DNA from: Promethearchaeota archaeon
GTDB taxonomy: Archaea > Asgardarchaeota > Lokiarchaeia > Sigyniarchaeales > SOKP01
Length of the DNA stretch: 64,000 bases
Reading direction: 5' to 3'
Assembly (NCBI GenBank): GCA_030599585.1
Contig: JAUVNS010000005.1
Span: 128,001 to 192,000, forward strand
Shown here in pieces: positions 48,511 to 57,414 of the stretch. The translations under genes were made by a program, and so were the position numbers. Position 1 is the first letter of the stretch; each line of letters starts with the position of its first letter. The notes under the pieces are model-generated. The model did not search any database, had not been told where the DNA came from, and saw only the letters and a program-made list of their open reading frames with translations.

Positions 48511-49550
48511 ACTACTTCTTCTAGTTTTTTAGTCTTAGCACTTTTGTACATCGTCTCAACGATATTCAATATTTTATAACCATATAAACCATCAGTAAGT
48601 GGTTTCTTGTTTCTTAGAATGCAATCAATAAAGTGAGCGATTTCTTGGGGATAACCAAATGAATGTGCTTCGGAAGGAACGGGAAATGTCCATCCTTTCG
48701 TAGTATCCGCTTTTTCTACAGCATACCCATACCCGCTTTTACTATACACGCTCACTAAATCAGAAAAAGTTGGGGCTACTTTAATTTGACCTTCGGTGCC
48801 AAATAGTTCAAAGCGCATGTCATAACCACCTGGTGCAGTCCAAGATTCTTCGATTACTATTTGGGCATCATTTTCAAAATAAAGAATTCCTACTGCGTTG
48901 TCTTCCACTTCACATGTTCCAAAAATCCCTCGATCATGTTGTATTGTCCTCGTTTGGCAATAGACTTCACTAACTTCACATCCAAGATACCATACTAAAC
49001 AAGCAATATCATGAATTCCTAAGTCTAATAACGCACCACCTCCAGATTCCTCTAGCTTGTAAAACCATCGAGAATGAGGTCCCGAATGTTGTTCTTTACC
49101 GCGCCCCATATATATCATTCCTAAAGCGCCTTCCTTGATAATTTCTTTAACCTTGCTAAATGAAGGGGCGTACATGTTGTTTTCGCAATAAAAAATCTTC
49201 CGGTTTGAAGCTTTTTCTACGTCTAACATTTCTTTTGCTTCACGAATATTTCTAGCTAATGGTTTTTCTACGAATGCATGCTTTCCTGAGTTCAAGATAT
49301 TACAAGTTACTTCTTTATGCAAATTATTTGGAACACATGCAGAAACAGCATCGCATTCCAATTTTAGTAAGTCATTATAATCACTAAAGTAGGTATCTGC
49401 GATATCGTATTTATTCATTAAGCTTTTGGCTTCATCTTTATTATTTGACGCAATTCCCACAATTTCTACATTTGTTAGTAAGGAATATGAATAGCAATGA
49501 TGGTCAGCAATAAAACCCGACCCAATAATGCCTACTTTAATCTTATTCAT
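48507..49550 (-). CDS. Gfo/Idh/MocA family oxidoreductase
   Basis: GIIGSG.IA..H, PN.LH, VEKPL, SGGGAL.DLGIH. Confidence 0.93.
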   Translation of the reverse strand: MNKIKVGIIGSGFIADHHCYSYSLLTNVEIVGIASNNKDEAKSLMNKYDIADTYFSDYNDLLKLECDAVSACVPNNLHKEVTCNILNSGKHAFVEKPLARNIREAKEMLDVEKASNRKIFYCENNMYAPSFSKVKEIIKEGALGMIYMGRGKEQHSGPHSRWFYKLEESGGGALLDLGIHDIACLVWYLGCEVSEVYCQTRTIQHDRGIFGTCEVEDNAVGILYFENDAQIVIEESWTAPGGYDMRFELFGTEGQIKVAPTFSDLVSVYSKSGYGYAVEKADTTKGWTFPVPSEAHSFGYPQEIAHFIDCILRNKKPLTDGLYGYKILNIVETMYKSAKTKKLEEVV

Positions 49551-49619
49551 TTTAATCCTCGCTTAATAATTTTGATTAATAATAATTTAGGTTTTCCACT
49601 TAATAATTGTAGTAGGATT

Positions 49620-50729
49620 TTATTTCCAGAATTCAGAAGAAGAACTGAACTTCTTAATTTTGGAGAAAGGACAAGCAGCAATACAATTCCCACAATCACC
49701 CGAGTTTTCGATCCAAAATTCAAAACATTTTTCTACATCGACATAATATTTTTTAACACCTGAATTGTTAGAAATCGTAGCCGGTTCAAAAGTAAGGTCT
49801 TTTTCTTTTGTAATTGCGTCGTTTTCACAAGCCTCAGCGCATTTATAGCAAGTTTTACAAAAGTTCCCAACTTTTTTAATAAAACCTAAGTTCAATTCAT
49901 CAGCTATTAAGGGCATATCCGTAAAAACTTTACAAATTCTAACTCTTGGACCATATTCTGGTGTGAGCAACAATCCATTTCTACCTAACGCTCCTAGACC
50001 TGCGTCAATTGCTAGTGGTATACTAAGTGCAGTATCGTTGCCACATTGGATGGCACGATATCCAAGATTTCTGATAAATTCACCTAAACAAGCGATTGTA
50101 AAAGCCATTTTCGAATAACCTACGGCTGCCGCAGCTGAAGCTGGTTGAGCGGGAGCTGTAGAAATCGCCATTTGGTCCATTTCGATAGCCATAACAATAA
50201 CCTTACTTACCCCTTCTGGCAAATTAATAGGGCTTTCTAATACAGAATTAGACGCTTCACCCTTTCTGATTTTTTCTTTTGAATCTGCTTCGCTGGTTAA
50301 TGCTGGTCTTACAAAACCAGTTTTATAAATCCATCTCTCGTCGACATCGGCAATACCAACTAGTGATGCTCCATAAAACTCAGCAGCTCTTTTAGTCTTT
50401 TCAGTAAATGTTTTTAAATCTCTAACTTGATATTTTTCTTTCAACCAATCTTCACCGTATCCTAAGTCTATTAAATCTTTTCTATGCCAACTAAAAGCAA
50501 ATGGAAATTTTTCGTAAACAGTCCATCCTGCTGCAACTAACGCAAAATCAATCCGGGAATATCCATCTTCACCCGAACTAATATGATTGCCTACATTATA
50601 CTCGAACATTTTCCCATAAGTAGGTAGCGATTTATCCCAAAGTCTTCTATAAAGCATATTATACTTCTGCTCGAAGCGATGGTAAGATTTCTCGTCAATT
50701 TCGTAGGGAAAATCATTTTTGGTTTGCAT
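49620..50729 (-). CDS. rdhA: reductive dehalogenase-like cobalamin/2x[4Fe-4S] protein without TAT signal
   Basis: RFEQK, AA.FYGASLVGI, ERWIY, GEFIRNLGY.A, IPLAIDAGLG..GRNG, GPRVR..KVFTDMP, FCKTCYKCAEAC, C..FW.....DCG.CI..CPF. Confidence 0.88.
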   Translation of the reverse strand: MQTKNDFPYEIDEKSYHRFEQKYNMLYRRLWDKSLPTYGKMFEYNVGNHISSGEDGYSRIDFALVAAGWTVYEKFPFAFSWHRKDLIDLGYGEDWLKEKYQVRDLKTFTEKTKRAAEFYGASLVGIADVDERWIYKTGFVRPALTSEADSKEKIRKGEASNSVLESPINLPEGVSKVIVMAIEMDQMAISTAPAQPASAAAAVGYSKMAFTIACLGEFIRNLGYRAIQCGNDTALSIPLAIDAGLGALGRNGLLLTPEYGPRVRICKVFTDMPLIADELNLGFIKKVGNFCKTCYKCAEACENDAITKEKDLTFEPATISNNSGVKKYYVDVEKCFEFWIENSGDCGNCIAACPFSKIKKFSSSSEFWK

Positions 50730-50864
50730 CTAAACACTTCTTCTCTATTTAATCCTTTTTTTACTTTTTCTTTAAAAGAGTTTAATCTATTAAATATTAT
50801 TTTAAGGCATGAAATATAAAACTTTAAGAAGAAATTTATAAGGAAAAGCATCATCATTTTTTCT

Positions 50865-51158
50865 ATGCCAATATTTATTCTAGCAACTAAATTACAAAAC
50901 CCTGATTTAGTTGAAGATCGTAAAGAACACGGTGAAAAATTCTTAAAATTAGTCAAAGAAAAAGTTCCGAATGTTACATGGATTGCACATTACGCAATAT
51001 TAGGACAATATGATTTTATAGATATTTTCGAAGCTGAGAACGAACACGAAGCAGCGAAAGTTTCTCTACTTTCCCGAACAACCGGAGCTGCCTTTGCAGA
51101 AAGCTGGACCGCTATTAAATACGCCGACTTTCTTAAATTAGTGGAAGATTTAGAGTAA
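50865..51158 (+). CDS. GYD-domain protein
   Basis: YA.LGQYDF..IFEA motif; 97 aa. Confidence 0.8.
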   Translation: MPIFILATKLQNPDLVEDRKEHGEKFLKLVKEKVPNVTWIAHYAILGQYDFIDIFEAENEHEAAKVSLLSRTTGAAFAESWTAIKYADFLKLVEDLE

Positions 51159-51176
51159 AAGGGACAGTATTCGCTT

Positions 51177-51563
51177 ATGAAGAGGTTTATAGTGCAAATA
51201 GGATCAGGTGTAGATCAACACGGACATAATGATGATTGCACTAATGCCGCAATAAAGGCGGTTAAAAATGCAATCTCAAATAACTGCCTTACTGGTCTAT
51301 TGGAGATTTGTGGTTTAAAAGAACCAAAAGATCTTCAAAGAATGATCGTAGATGTGAAGATTGGAGCACCTTATCCCGAAAATGTTAAAAGAGACAAAAT
51401 TTTACAAGCAATTCCATTTGGTTCCAAATCAATTGAGATAGAAAAAGGAGGCTTAGTTGCGGCAGGGATAATGATTAAAGAATTAGGGGATTCAACTGAT
51501 AAAATAATTGTCTGTAATGCGGCTGTAACTGTATCTATCCTACAAAAAGAAGAGAAAGTATAG
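51177..51563 (+). CDS. Lin0512 family protein
   Basis: MKR....IG.G.DQHG..D.T.AA.KAV..AI, PFG, GG, AAV.V. Confidence 0.85.
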   Translation: MKRFIVQIGSGVDQHGHNDDCTNAAIKAVKNAISNNCLTGLLEICGLKEPKDLQRMIVDVKIGAPYPENVKRDKILQAIPFGSKSIEIEKGGLVAAGIMIKELGDSTDKIIVCNAAVTVSILQKEEKV

Positions 51564-51580
51564 TATAGGGAGAAACAACA

Positions 51581-52147
51581 ATGGTAAAAAGATGTAAATG
51601 GGCAAACTTCAATGACTTGATGAAGGAATATCACGATAAAGAATGGGGGACACCTCAACGTGATGATAAAATGCTCTACGAGCTATTGATTTTGGAAGGA
51701 ATGCAAGCCGGTTTAAGCTGGAACACAGTGCTGCAAAAACGAGATAATTTTAGAAAAGCTTTTGATAATTTTGATTACACTAAAATTATAAGATACAAAG
51801 AAAATAAAATCGAAGAATTGATGCGAAACGAAGGAATAATTCGAAATCGATTAAAAATTCAATCCGTAATCACAAATGCCAAATCCTTTATTAAAGTTCA
51901 AGAAGAATTTGGTTCATTTAATAAATATATATGGGATTTTGTGAATAATAAATCAGTTAATAATGCTTGGAATAAGTTAGAAGATTTACCTCCAAACACT
52001 GAACTTTCTAATAGAATTAGCAAGGATATGAAAAAAAGAGGATTTAAATTTATTGGAACGACAATTATATACGCTTTTTTACAAGCTATCGGAGTTGTAA
52101 ACGATCATACGATTGATTGCTTTCGATATAATGAATTGATTAATTAG
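51581..52147 (+). CDS. tag: DNA-3-methyladenine glycosylase I
   Basis: RC.W, YHD.EWG, LEGMQAGLSW, IIRNRLKI, GFKFIG, VNDH..DC. Confidence 0.95.
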   Translation: MVKRCKWANFNDLMKEYHDKEWGTPQRDDKMLYELLILEGMQAGLSWNTVLQKRDNFRKAFDNFDYTKIIRYKENKIEELMRNEGIIRNRLKIQSVITNAKSFIKVQEEFGSFNKYIWDFVNNKSVNNAWNKLEDLPPNTELSNRISKDMKKRGFKFIGTTIIYAFLQAIGVVNDHTIDCFRYNELIN

Positions 52148-52154
52148 TCTTAAT

Positions 52155-53456
52155 CTAATTTAAATTTTCTAAACCAATCTCTTCTTCTGCATATTTCTTC
52201 AATGCAATCCATTGAGCATCACTTGTCCCATAATATTTAAAAACCGCGATACCCAAACCAAAATCGAATCTTCTCATTTGTTTAAGCATTTCCTTTGAAT
52301 TACATTCAACAGAATTTGTTACTGCTAAGATTGGACTTCTGAATTCGTGAATTCTTTTCTTCATGTTCCTTGTAAAATACCAATAAAAAAGATTACCAAC
52401 TTTCCCCCAATACCACCCATCGTCTCGCGTTCCCATTAAATAAGGATATTCCATGGGTGATGCGACATCTAAAATTGAAGATAATTTTGTCCAATCTTGC
52501 CCCAATCTTTTTTGAGATAACATTTTCTTAGGACCAGGAAGACAAAACCATCCGGAAGTACAATCTTCATCCGTATCCTTTATTACTGTTTGAAGCTTTT
52601 GGGCGTATTCTGCTATAGTTTCTGACTTAAAATCGTACCATTCGTGGCTTTTTAATAATTTAGCTTTAAATCCATAATTTTTATTAAATTTCTCTTTACA
52701 TCGATCACAACAGCATAAATCAGTAAAAGCCCCATCATATCTAATGTAATCAGCGAAGAAACTGCTAACCGAATAGTTTTTGACGACTTCTCGTGTTAGA
52801 TCTAGAAGATAATCAACATGTTTACTATTCGGGCACATAAAACTAGTAGTAGGTATGTATCCTTTTCCTCTGGTGCCCCTTGCTTTTCCCTTCTTTAAAT
52901 CAATCTTTTCAGTAAGGAAGGGGACTTTCTTTTTATAATCTTTAAACAACACACCTTCAGGCAAATCAATTCTCATTTCACCTTCTTCGTGGGTTGATAT
53001 TTCTCCTTTGTTGTATAGAATTCCAGATTTTTTGCCTGTTTTTCCATGAATACTAACGCGCTCAGGGTGGATAGCACCTTGATAAGCATCGTTCATACTA
53101 GTAAAAGATACCATTATCTTTATGCTTCGATCATTACCCGCATCGCAAAATTCCCCTAAGATATCTCTATTGGTCGGATTCCATCCAACTTTCGTATCCC
53201 ATATACACGCTCCGTCAGTGTCTTTAATCACAAGCCCTAAGAGATTGATGTGGTGTTTTTCTAATTTATCCATGACTTCAATTACATTCAATTCTCTTTC
53301 AGCATATTCATAATCTAACTTTCTAAATCCTTTTTGCCCTCTTACCGGCATTAATCCCATACCATAAATTTGATTTGTTTTAAAAGCGAATTTAAATTCT
53401 GATATTTCTTTGGGATCTGTTTTATAATAATCTGACCAATTAACTGCGCCTTTCAT
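52155..53456 (-). CDS. glycoside hydrolase-like TIM-barrel protein
   Basis: VIKD.DG...W.TK, DILGEFC, CPNS, V..Y....F.DYIRY, C.C..C, SPM.Y. Confidence 0.55.
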   Translation of the reverse strand: MKGAVNWSDYYKTDPKEISEFKFAFKTNQIYGMGLMPVRGQKGFRKLDYEYAERELNVIEVMDKLEKHHINLLGLVIKDTDGACIWDTKVGWNPTNRDILGEFCDAGNDRSIKIMVSFTSMNDAYQGAIHPERVSIHGKTGKKSGILYNKGEISTHEEGEMRIDLPEGVLFKDYKKKVPFLTEKIDLKKGKARGTRGKGYIPTTSFMCPNSKHVDYLLDLTREVVKNYSVSSFFADYIRYDGAFTDLCCCDRCKEKFNKNYGFKAKLLKSHEWYDFKSETIAEYAQKLQTVIKDTDEDCTSGWFCLPGPKKMLSQKRLGQDWTKLSSILDVASPMEYPYLMGTRDDGWYWGKVGNLFYWYFTRNMKKRIHEFRSPILAVTNSVECNSKEMLKQMRRFDFGLGIAVFKYYGTSDAQWIALKKYAEEEIGLENLN

Positions 53457-53741
53457 CTAATCTCAAAGCTCATTTAGATTTTTTTTTAATAAGTCATCTA
53501 ATAAATTTTAGTAAAATAGATAGTCTCACTCTTCAAATTCGATAATTATTTAAAACAATTCTCTTAGTAAATCTTTAAGATTATTAGAATTTTTAATAAT
53601 ACAATCATTTAAACATTTATATATACTATAACGATTATTTATAATTGAAATCAAATTAAAATATATACCTATCACATCAATTTAATAGAAAAGGCAAAAT
53701 AATCAAGATAGATAGTTTTATTTGGAGAAAAATGAACAAAA

Positions 53742-54266
53742 ATGTACGACGCCACCTTTAAAATAATTATTTTCGGAGATGCGGGTTGTGGGAAAACCAC
53801 TCTGACTCAAAGATTTTTAACGAATTTATTTGTTTCAGATCAAACAATGACGATCGGTGTAGACTTTGAAGTAAAAAGCCTAACAGTTGACGAACAAAAA
53901 GTAAAATTACAGATTTGGGATTTTGGAGGAGAAGAGAGATTTAGGTTTTTACTCCCTACATATGTGAGAGGTGCTCGTGGTGGTCTATTCTTATACGATA
54001 TAACTAATTTTTCCTCAATTGCTCACATTGATGATTGGCTTAGCGTTATACGAAAAGAAATAAGAGCTGAAGATATTTTTCCCATCATTGTAGTTGGAGG
54101 AAAGGCAGATTTAGTAGAAAGCAGAGAAGTCTCATCTGCAGAAGGTATTAAAATTGCGAAATCAAGAAATGTAAATGGTTTTATTGAAACAAGCTCTAAA
54201 TCGGGAGAAAACGTAGAAAAAACTTTCGAAGCATTAACGAGATTAATGCTTAATGACGCAAAATAG
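53742..54266 (+). CDS. Rab-like small GTPase with deviant G3/G4
   Basis: GDAGCGKT, TIGVDF, KLQIWDFGGEERFR, GGKAD, ETSSK. Confidence 0.95.
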   Translation: MYDATFKIIIFGDAGCGKTTLTQRFLTNLFVSDQTMTIGVDFEVKSLTVDEQKVKLQIWDFGGEERFRFLLPTYVRGARGGLFLYDITNFSSIAHIDDWLSVIRKEIRAEDIFPIIVVGGKADLVESREVSSAEGIKIAKSRNVNGFIETSSKSGENVEKTFEALTRLMLNDAK

Positions 54267-54335
54267 AGATTGAATAGTCAAAAACTACACATAGAACCAT
54301 TTATTTACAAAAAAAGTATTGCTTCTTAATCAATA

Positions 54336-55202
54336 TTATCTATTTATGATTTCAGTAATTTTTTCGGGTACTCTTGTGTTAATCCTTCGATTCAATACCA
54401 TTGTTTGATACTCCATGTCTTTCCTATATTGGTTCGCATACCCAATTAACTGCTCGATAATTTCAATTTCTTTCTCTCCATCAATAATACGGTATCCTCC
54501 AAAACTGGGTATTTCAGCGTAGTTATGATTTAGAATTTCTTGAAGCTCGTCTGGTAACACATCTGTTCTATCTTTTAATGCTGAGTTTATGGAATCAAGT
54601 AGATCTCTATATCTTTCTTGTTTGCCGAACTGACATAAGACGCATTTCAAGGCTCTATTTTTAAGAATATAAAGTATTATTATACCAATTAGGTATCTAA
54701 ATGATTCGACTATTTCATTAAAGTTACCTTTTTTCATGTATTTTTTCACGATAATTTCTGTAATTGAATATAAACTTGAGAAATATATCGCTCTGGAAAA
54801 ATAGGCCGGGTCAACACAGAACAATCGTGTGAACCAAAAGGGGCTAATTTCGAGAGGCGGATCTTCATAAAGAATATAGTTTACTAATCTTCCATCCCGT
54901 TCTTTGTATAGTGTCGTTTCTCTTTTTAGAATATTTAAGTAGGTTGAAATTGTGGACCGTGCGATATCTTTAAAAAATTTCTTATACTCTACTTCTACTT
55001 CACGCGTTGTGACTCTTTTCTTACCCTCGAGAAAGAATTTTAGCATGATGCCTAAAATTCGGTTCTCGTGAAGTCTTCCAGTTTTTACCTGCTGTTGCTC
55101 GCTCTCGTCTTCCCGTATGTTATAAATATCAATTAATTCAGGAGCGATTTCGTGAATAATTTTTTCTAATATATAGATGTTTAATTCAGTAATTTCTAAC
55201 AA
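54336..55202 (-). CDS. putative winged-helix DNA-binding protein
   Basis: TTREV...Y...IARSTISTYL..L......KE..GR...Y HTH and wing; CVLC in the C-terminal part. Confidence 0.6.
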   Translation of the reverse strand: MLEITELNIYILEKIIHEIAPELIDIYNIREDESEQQQVKTGRLHENRILGIMLKFFLEGKKRVTTREVEVEYKKFFKDIARSTISTYLNILKRETTLYKERDGRLVNYILYEDPPLEISPFWFTRLFCVDPAYFSRAIYFSSLYSITEIIVKKYMKKGNFNEIVESFRYLIGIIILYILKNRALKCVLCQFGKQERYRDLLDSINSALKDRTDVLPDELQEILNHNYAEIPSFGGYRIIDGEKEIEIIEQLIGYANQYRKDMEYQTMVLNRRINTRVPEKITEIINR

Positions 55203-55409
55203 TCCTCAAAATTGATATTTATTATAACTTATTAAAAAAAATGTAAACTTTTAATAATATTTATTCTAGTTAAATAGAATATTAATTTCTAATTATAAAA
55301 CTCCTATAAAAATGGGACGTTAAGGAATATTTTCATAATTATATTCAAAAATTAAAAGATATTAAAAAAATAGATGAATTATAGATTTTTATGAATTGTA
55401 TCTTGGCGG

Positions 55410-57239
55410 TTATTGATCGTATTTTTCTTTCCAGATTGGATCGTTGATTTGTAATATCCTACGTTGAACCTTACCAAGGATATTTTTAGGAACTTCTGTG
55501 ATAAACTCGATCATCCTTGGACACTTCCATTTCGTTAAGTTTTCTTGCGTCCAAGCAATCAATTCATCTTCAGTAATCTTACCGATGTATTCAGGTTTCA
55601 ATTCAACCCAAGCTTTTGTGATTTCGCCAACTTTTCCCGCAGGATCTGGTAGACCAGACACTGCTGCTTCAGATACTGCTTCGTGTTTCATTAACATCGA
55701 TTCCACCTCTTTTGGGAAAACAGAATGTCCTGCTACTTTAATAAGTTGCTTTTTTCTATCCCTAATCTCAATAGTCCCATCTTCATTCATAAAACCAATG
55801 TCTCCAGTTAAGAGCCATAATGCTCCCTTATATGTTTTAATAGTTTCGCTCGTTTCTTCTGGTTGATTGAGGTATTCGTACATAATTTGAGGACCGTGTA
55901 CACAAATTTCACCAGTGTGTTCTTCTCCAAAATTCGTTTCGTCCGGATTTCCTAAACAAATGGGTCCATCGTCAAAATTATCCGTTGGCCATATTCCCCA
56001 TTCTGTGCCTGGAACAGGTAATCCAATAACTCCTATTGGACTTTCACTAAAGAGATTGCCTGCACTAACAAGAGGCGAAGTTTCTGTTAATCCATAACCC
56101 TCTACAATATTACCTCCTGTGTTATTTACAAAAGCATCTCGTACCGGTCGATGTAAAGGACCTGCTCCTGACGCACATAATTTTAATTTACCCATTACTC
56201 CTGGATATTTCCCTTTGATATCTGGAAAATCAGCTAATCGCTTAAATAAAATTTCAGCGCCGGCATAAACTAATCCTTCAGGGGCTGGTAACTTCTCAAT
56301 GTGTTCTAATAATTCTTCTGTGGGTGGAGGTGTTGGAAACATCATTATCCATCCTCCAAAGGCGATAGTTGCGTTCATAACTATTGTATGAGCAAAACTG
56401 TGAAAAAATGGAAGTACGCCGATATTTCCTATTCCCGGTTTTTCACCGCCAAGCCAATATTTGGCTTGTTCCGCATTAGAAACTGCATTAAAATGAGATA
56501 AAACTGCCGCTTTAGGTACTCCCGTTGTTCCACCTGTCATAATATATGTAACTGGGTGTGTTTTAACATCGATTTTAACTTCAGGAACGTTTGGTTTGGT
56601 TTCTAATAAATCCATAAAATTAACCGCGCCGGGGATATCTACTTTTCCCGTAGGAATTCTTCCTATTTTCTTTCCTATTTTACGTTTGAAGCCTAAACCG
56701 TGAGCTAAATCAGCAAGATTAGTATATATAACTTTTTCAACAGTACTTTTACCAAGAATCTCTCCTATATAAGGTAAATTCTTCTTTATTCGAGATTTAC
56801 TGTTCTCGTCAAAGAAGGCATCGTAAGCAATTAAATATTTAGCGTTAGTTACATCTAATTGGTGTAGTATCTCTAGTGGTTTATATGTTGGATTAATTCC
56901 CGATGCGATTGCTCCTATTCTTGTTATTGCAAAATAAGAAACTACGTATTGAATGCAATTTCCCATAAGCATAGCTACAACATCGCCCTTTTTAACACCT
57001 AGGTCGTGAAGAGCCGTTGCAAAGCTTAAAACATAATCGTGGAATTGACGATATGTTACCCAGGTCTCCAAAAACCAGATAAAATTCTGATCGCTATATT
57101 TTTCCACTTGGGCATCTAAAAATTGATTTACCGTTTTCTCATCGAATTTTACGTTCTTTGGAACGTTATCCGGCCACCACTTTTTGAACCATAACTTATT
57201 CTCATTTACTTGATAAGTATCTTTTTCTATAATAGGTAT
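55410..57239 (-). CDS. long-chain fatty acid-CoA ligase, copy 1; start extended from 57107 to ATA 57239
   Basis: TGGTTGVPK, EGYGLTE, TGDIG, DRKK, GKV.R; the upstream 44 codons align with the N-terminus of copy 2. Confidence 0.93.
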   Translation of the reverse strand: MPIIEKDTYQVNENKLWFKKWWPDNVPKNVKFDEKTVNQFLDAQVEKYSDQNFIWFLETWVTYRQFHDYVLSFATALHDLGVKKGDVVAMLMGNCIQYVVSYFAITRIGAIASGINPTYKPLEILHQLDVTNAKYLIAYDAFFDENSKSRIKKNLPYIGEILGKSTVEKVIYTNLADLAHGLGFKRKIGKKIGRIPTGKVDIPGAVNFMDLLETKPNVPEVKIDVKTHPVTYIMTGGTTGVPKAAVLSHFNAVSNAEQAKYWLGGEKPGIGNIGVLPFFHSFAHTIVMNATIAFGGWIMMFPTPPPTEELLEHIEKLPAPEGLVYAGAEILFKRLADFPDIKGKYPGVMGKLKLCASGAGPLHRPVRDAFVNNTGGNIVEGYGLTETSPLVSAGNLFSESPIGVIGLPVPGTEWGIWPTDNFDDGPICLGNPDETNFGEEHTGEICVHGPQIMYEYLNQPEETSETIKTYKGALWLLTGDIGFMNEDGTIEIRDRKKQLIKVAGHSVFPKEVESMLMKHEAVSEAAVSGLPDPAGKVGEITKAWVELKPEYIGKITEDELIAWTQENLTKWKCPRMIEFITEVPKNILGKVQRRILQINDPIWKEKYDQ

Positions 57240-57414
57240 TTTTATTCACTCTCGTTGTAATCTAAATTGATTTAAATATAATAAAATATCATAGTATTTT
57301 ATTTTCGTTATTATAGAAATTAAGATATAATTTCCTTACTACATTCAAAAGCAAGAATTTTCTTTTTAGAAGTAGTTTAGAAACATATGTAAAATGAAAT
57401 TGAGAAAGATTTTT

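Noticed and set aside
47284-49550. RifK/RifL-like aminosugar (kanosamine-type) biosynthetic pair
   Set aside because: The genes are convergent rather than co-transcribed, both families are large, and no partner phosphatase or glycosyltransferase is nearby.
50591-50956. 121-aa minus-strand ORF overlapping rdhA and the GYD gene
   Set aside because: Overlaps two well-supported genes and has no motifs.
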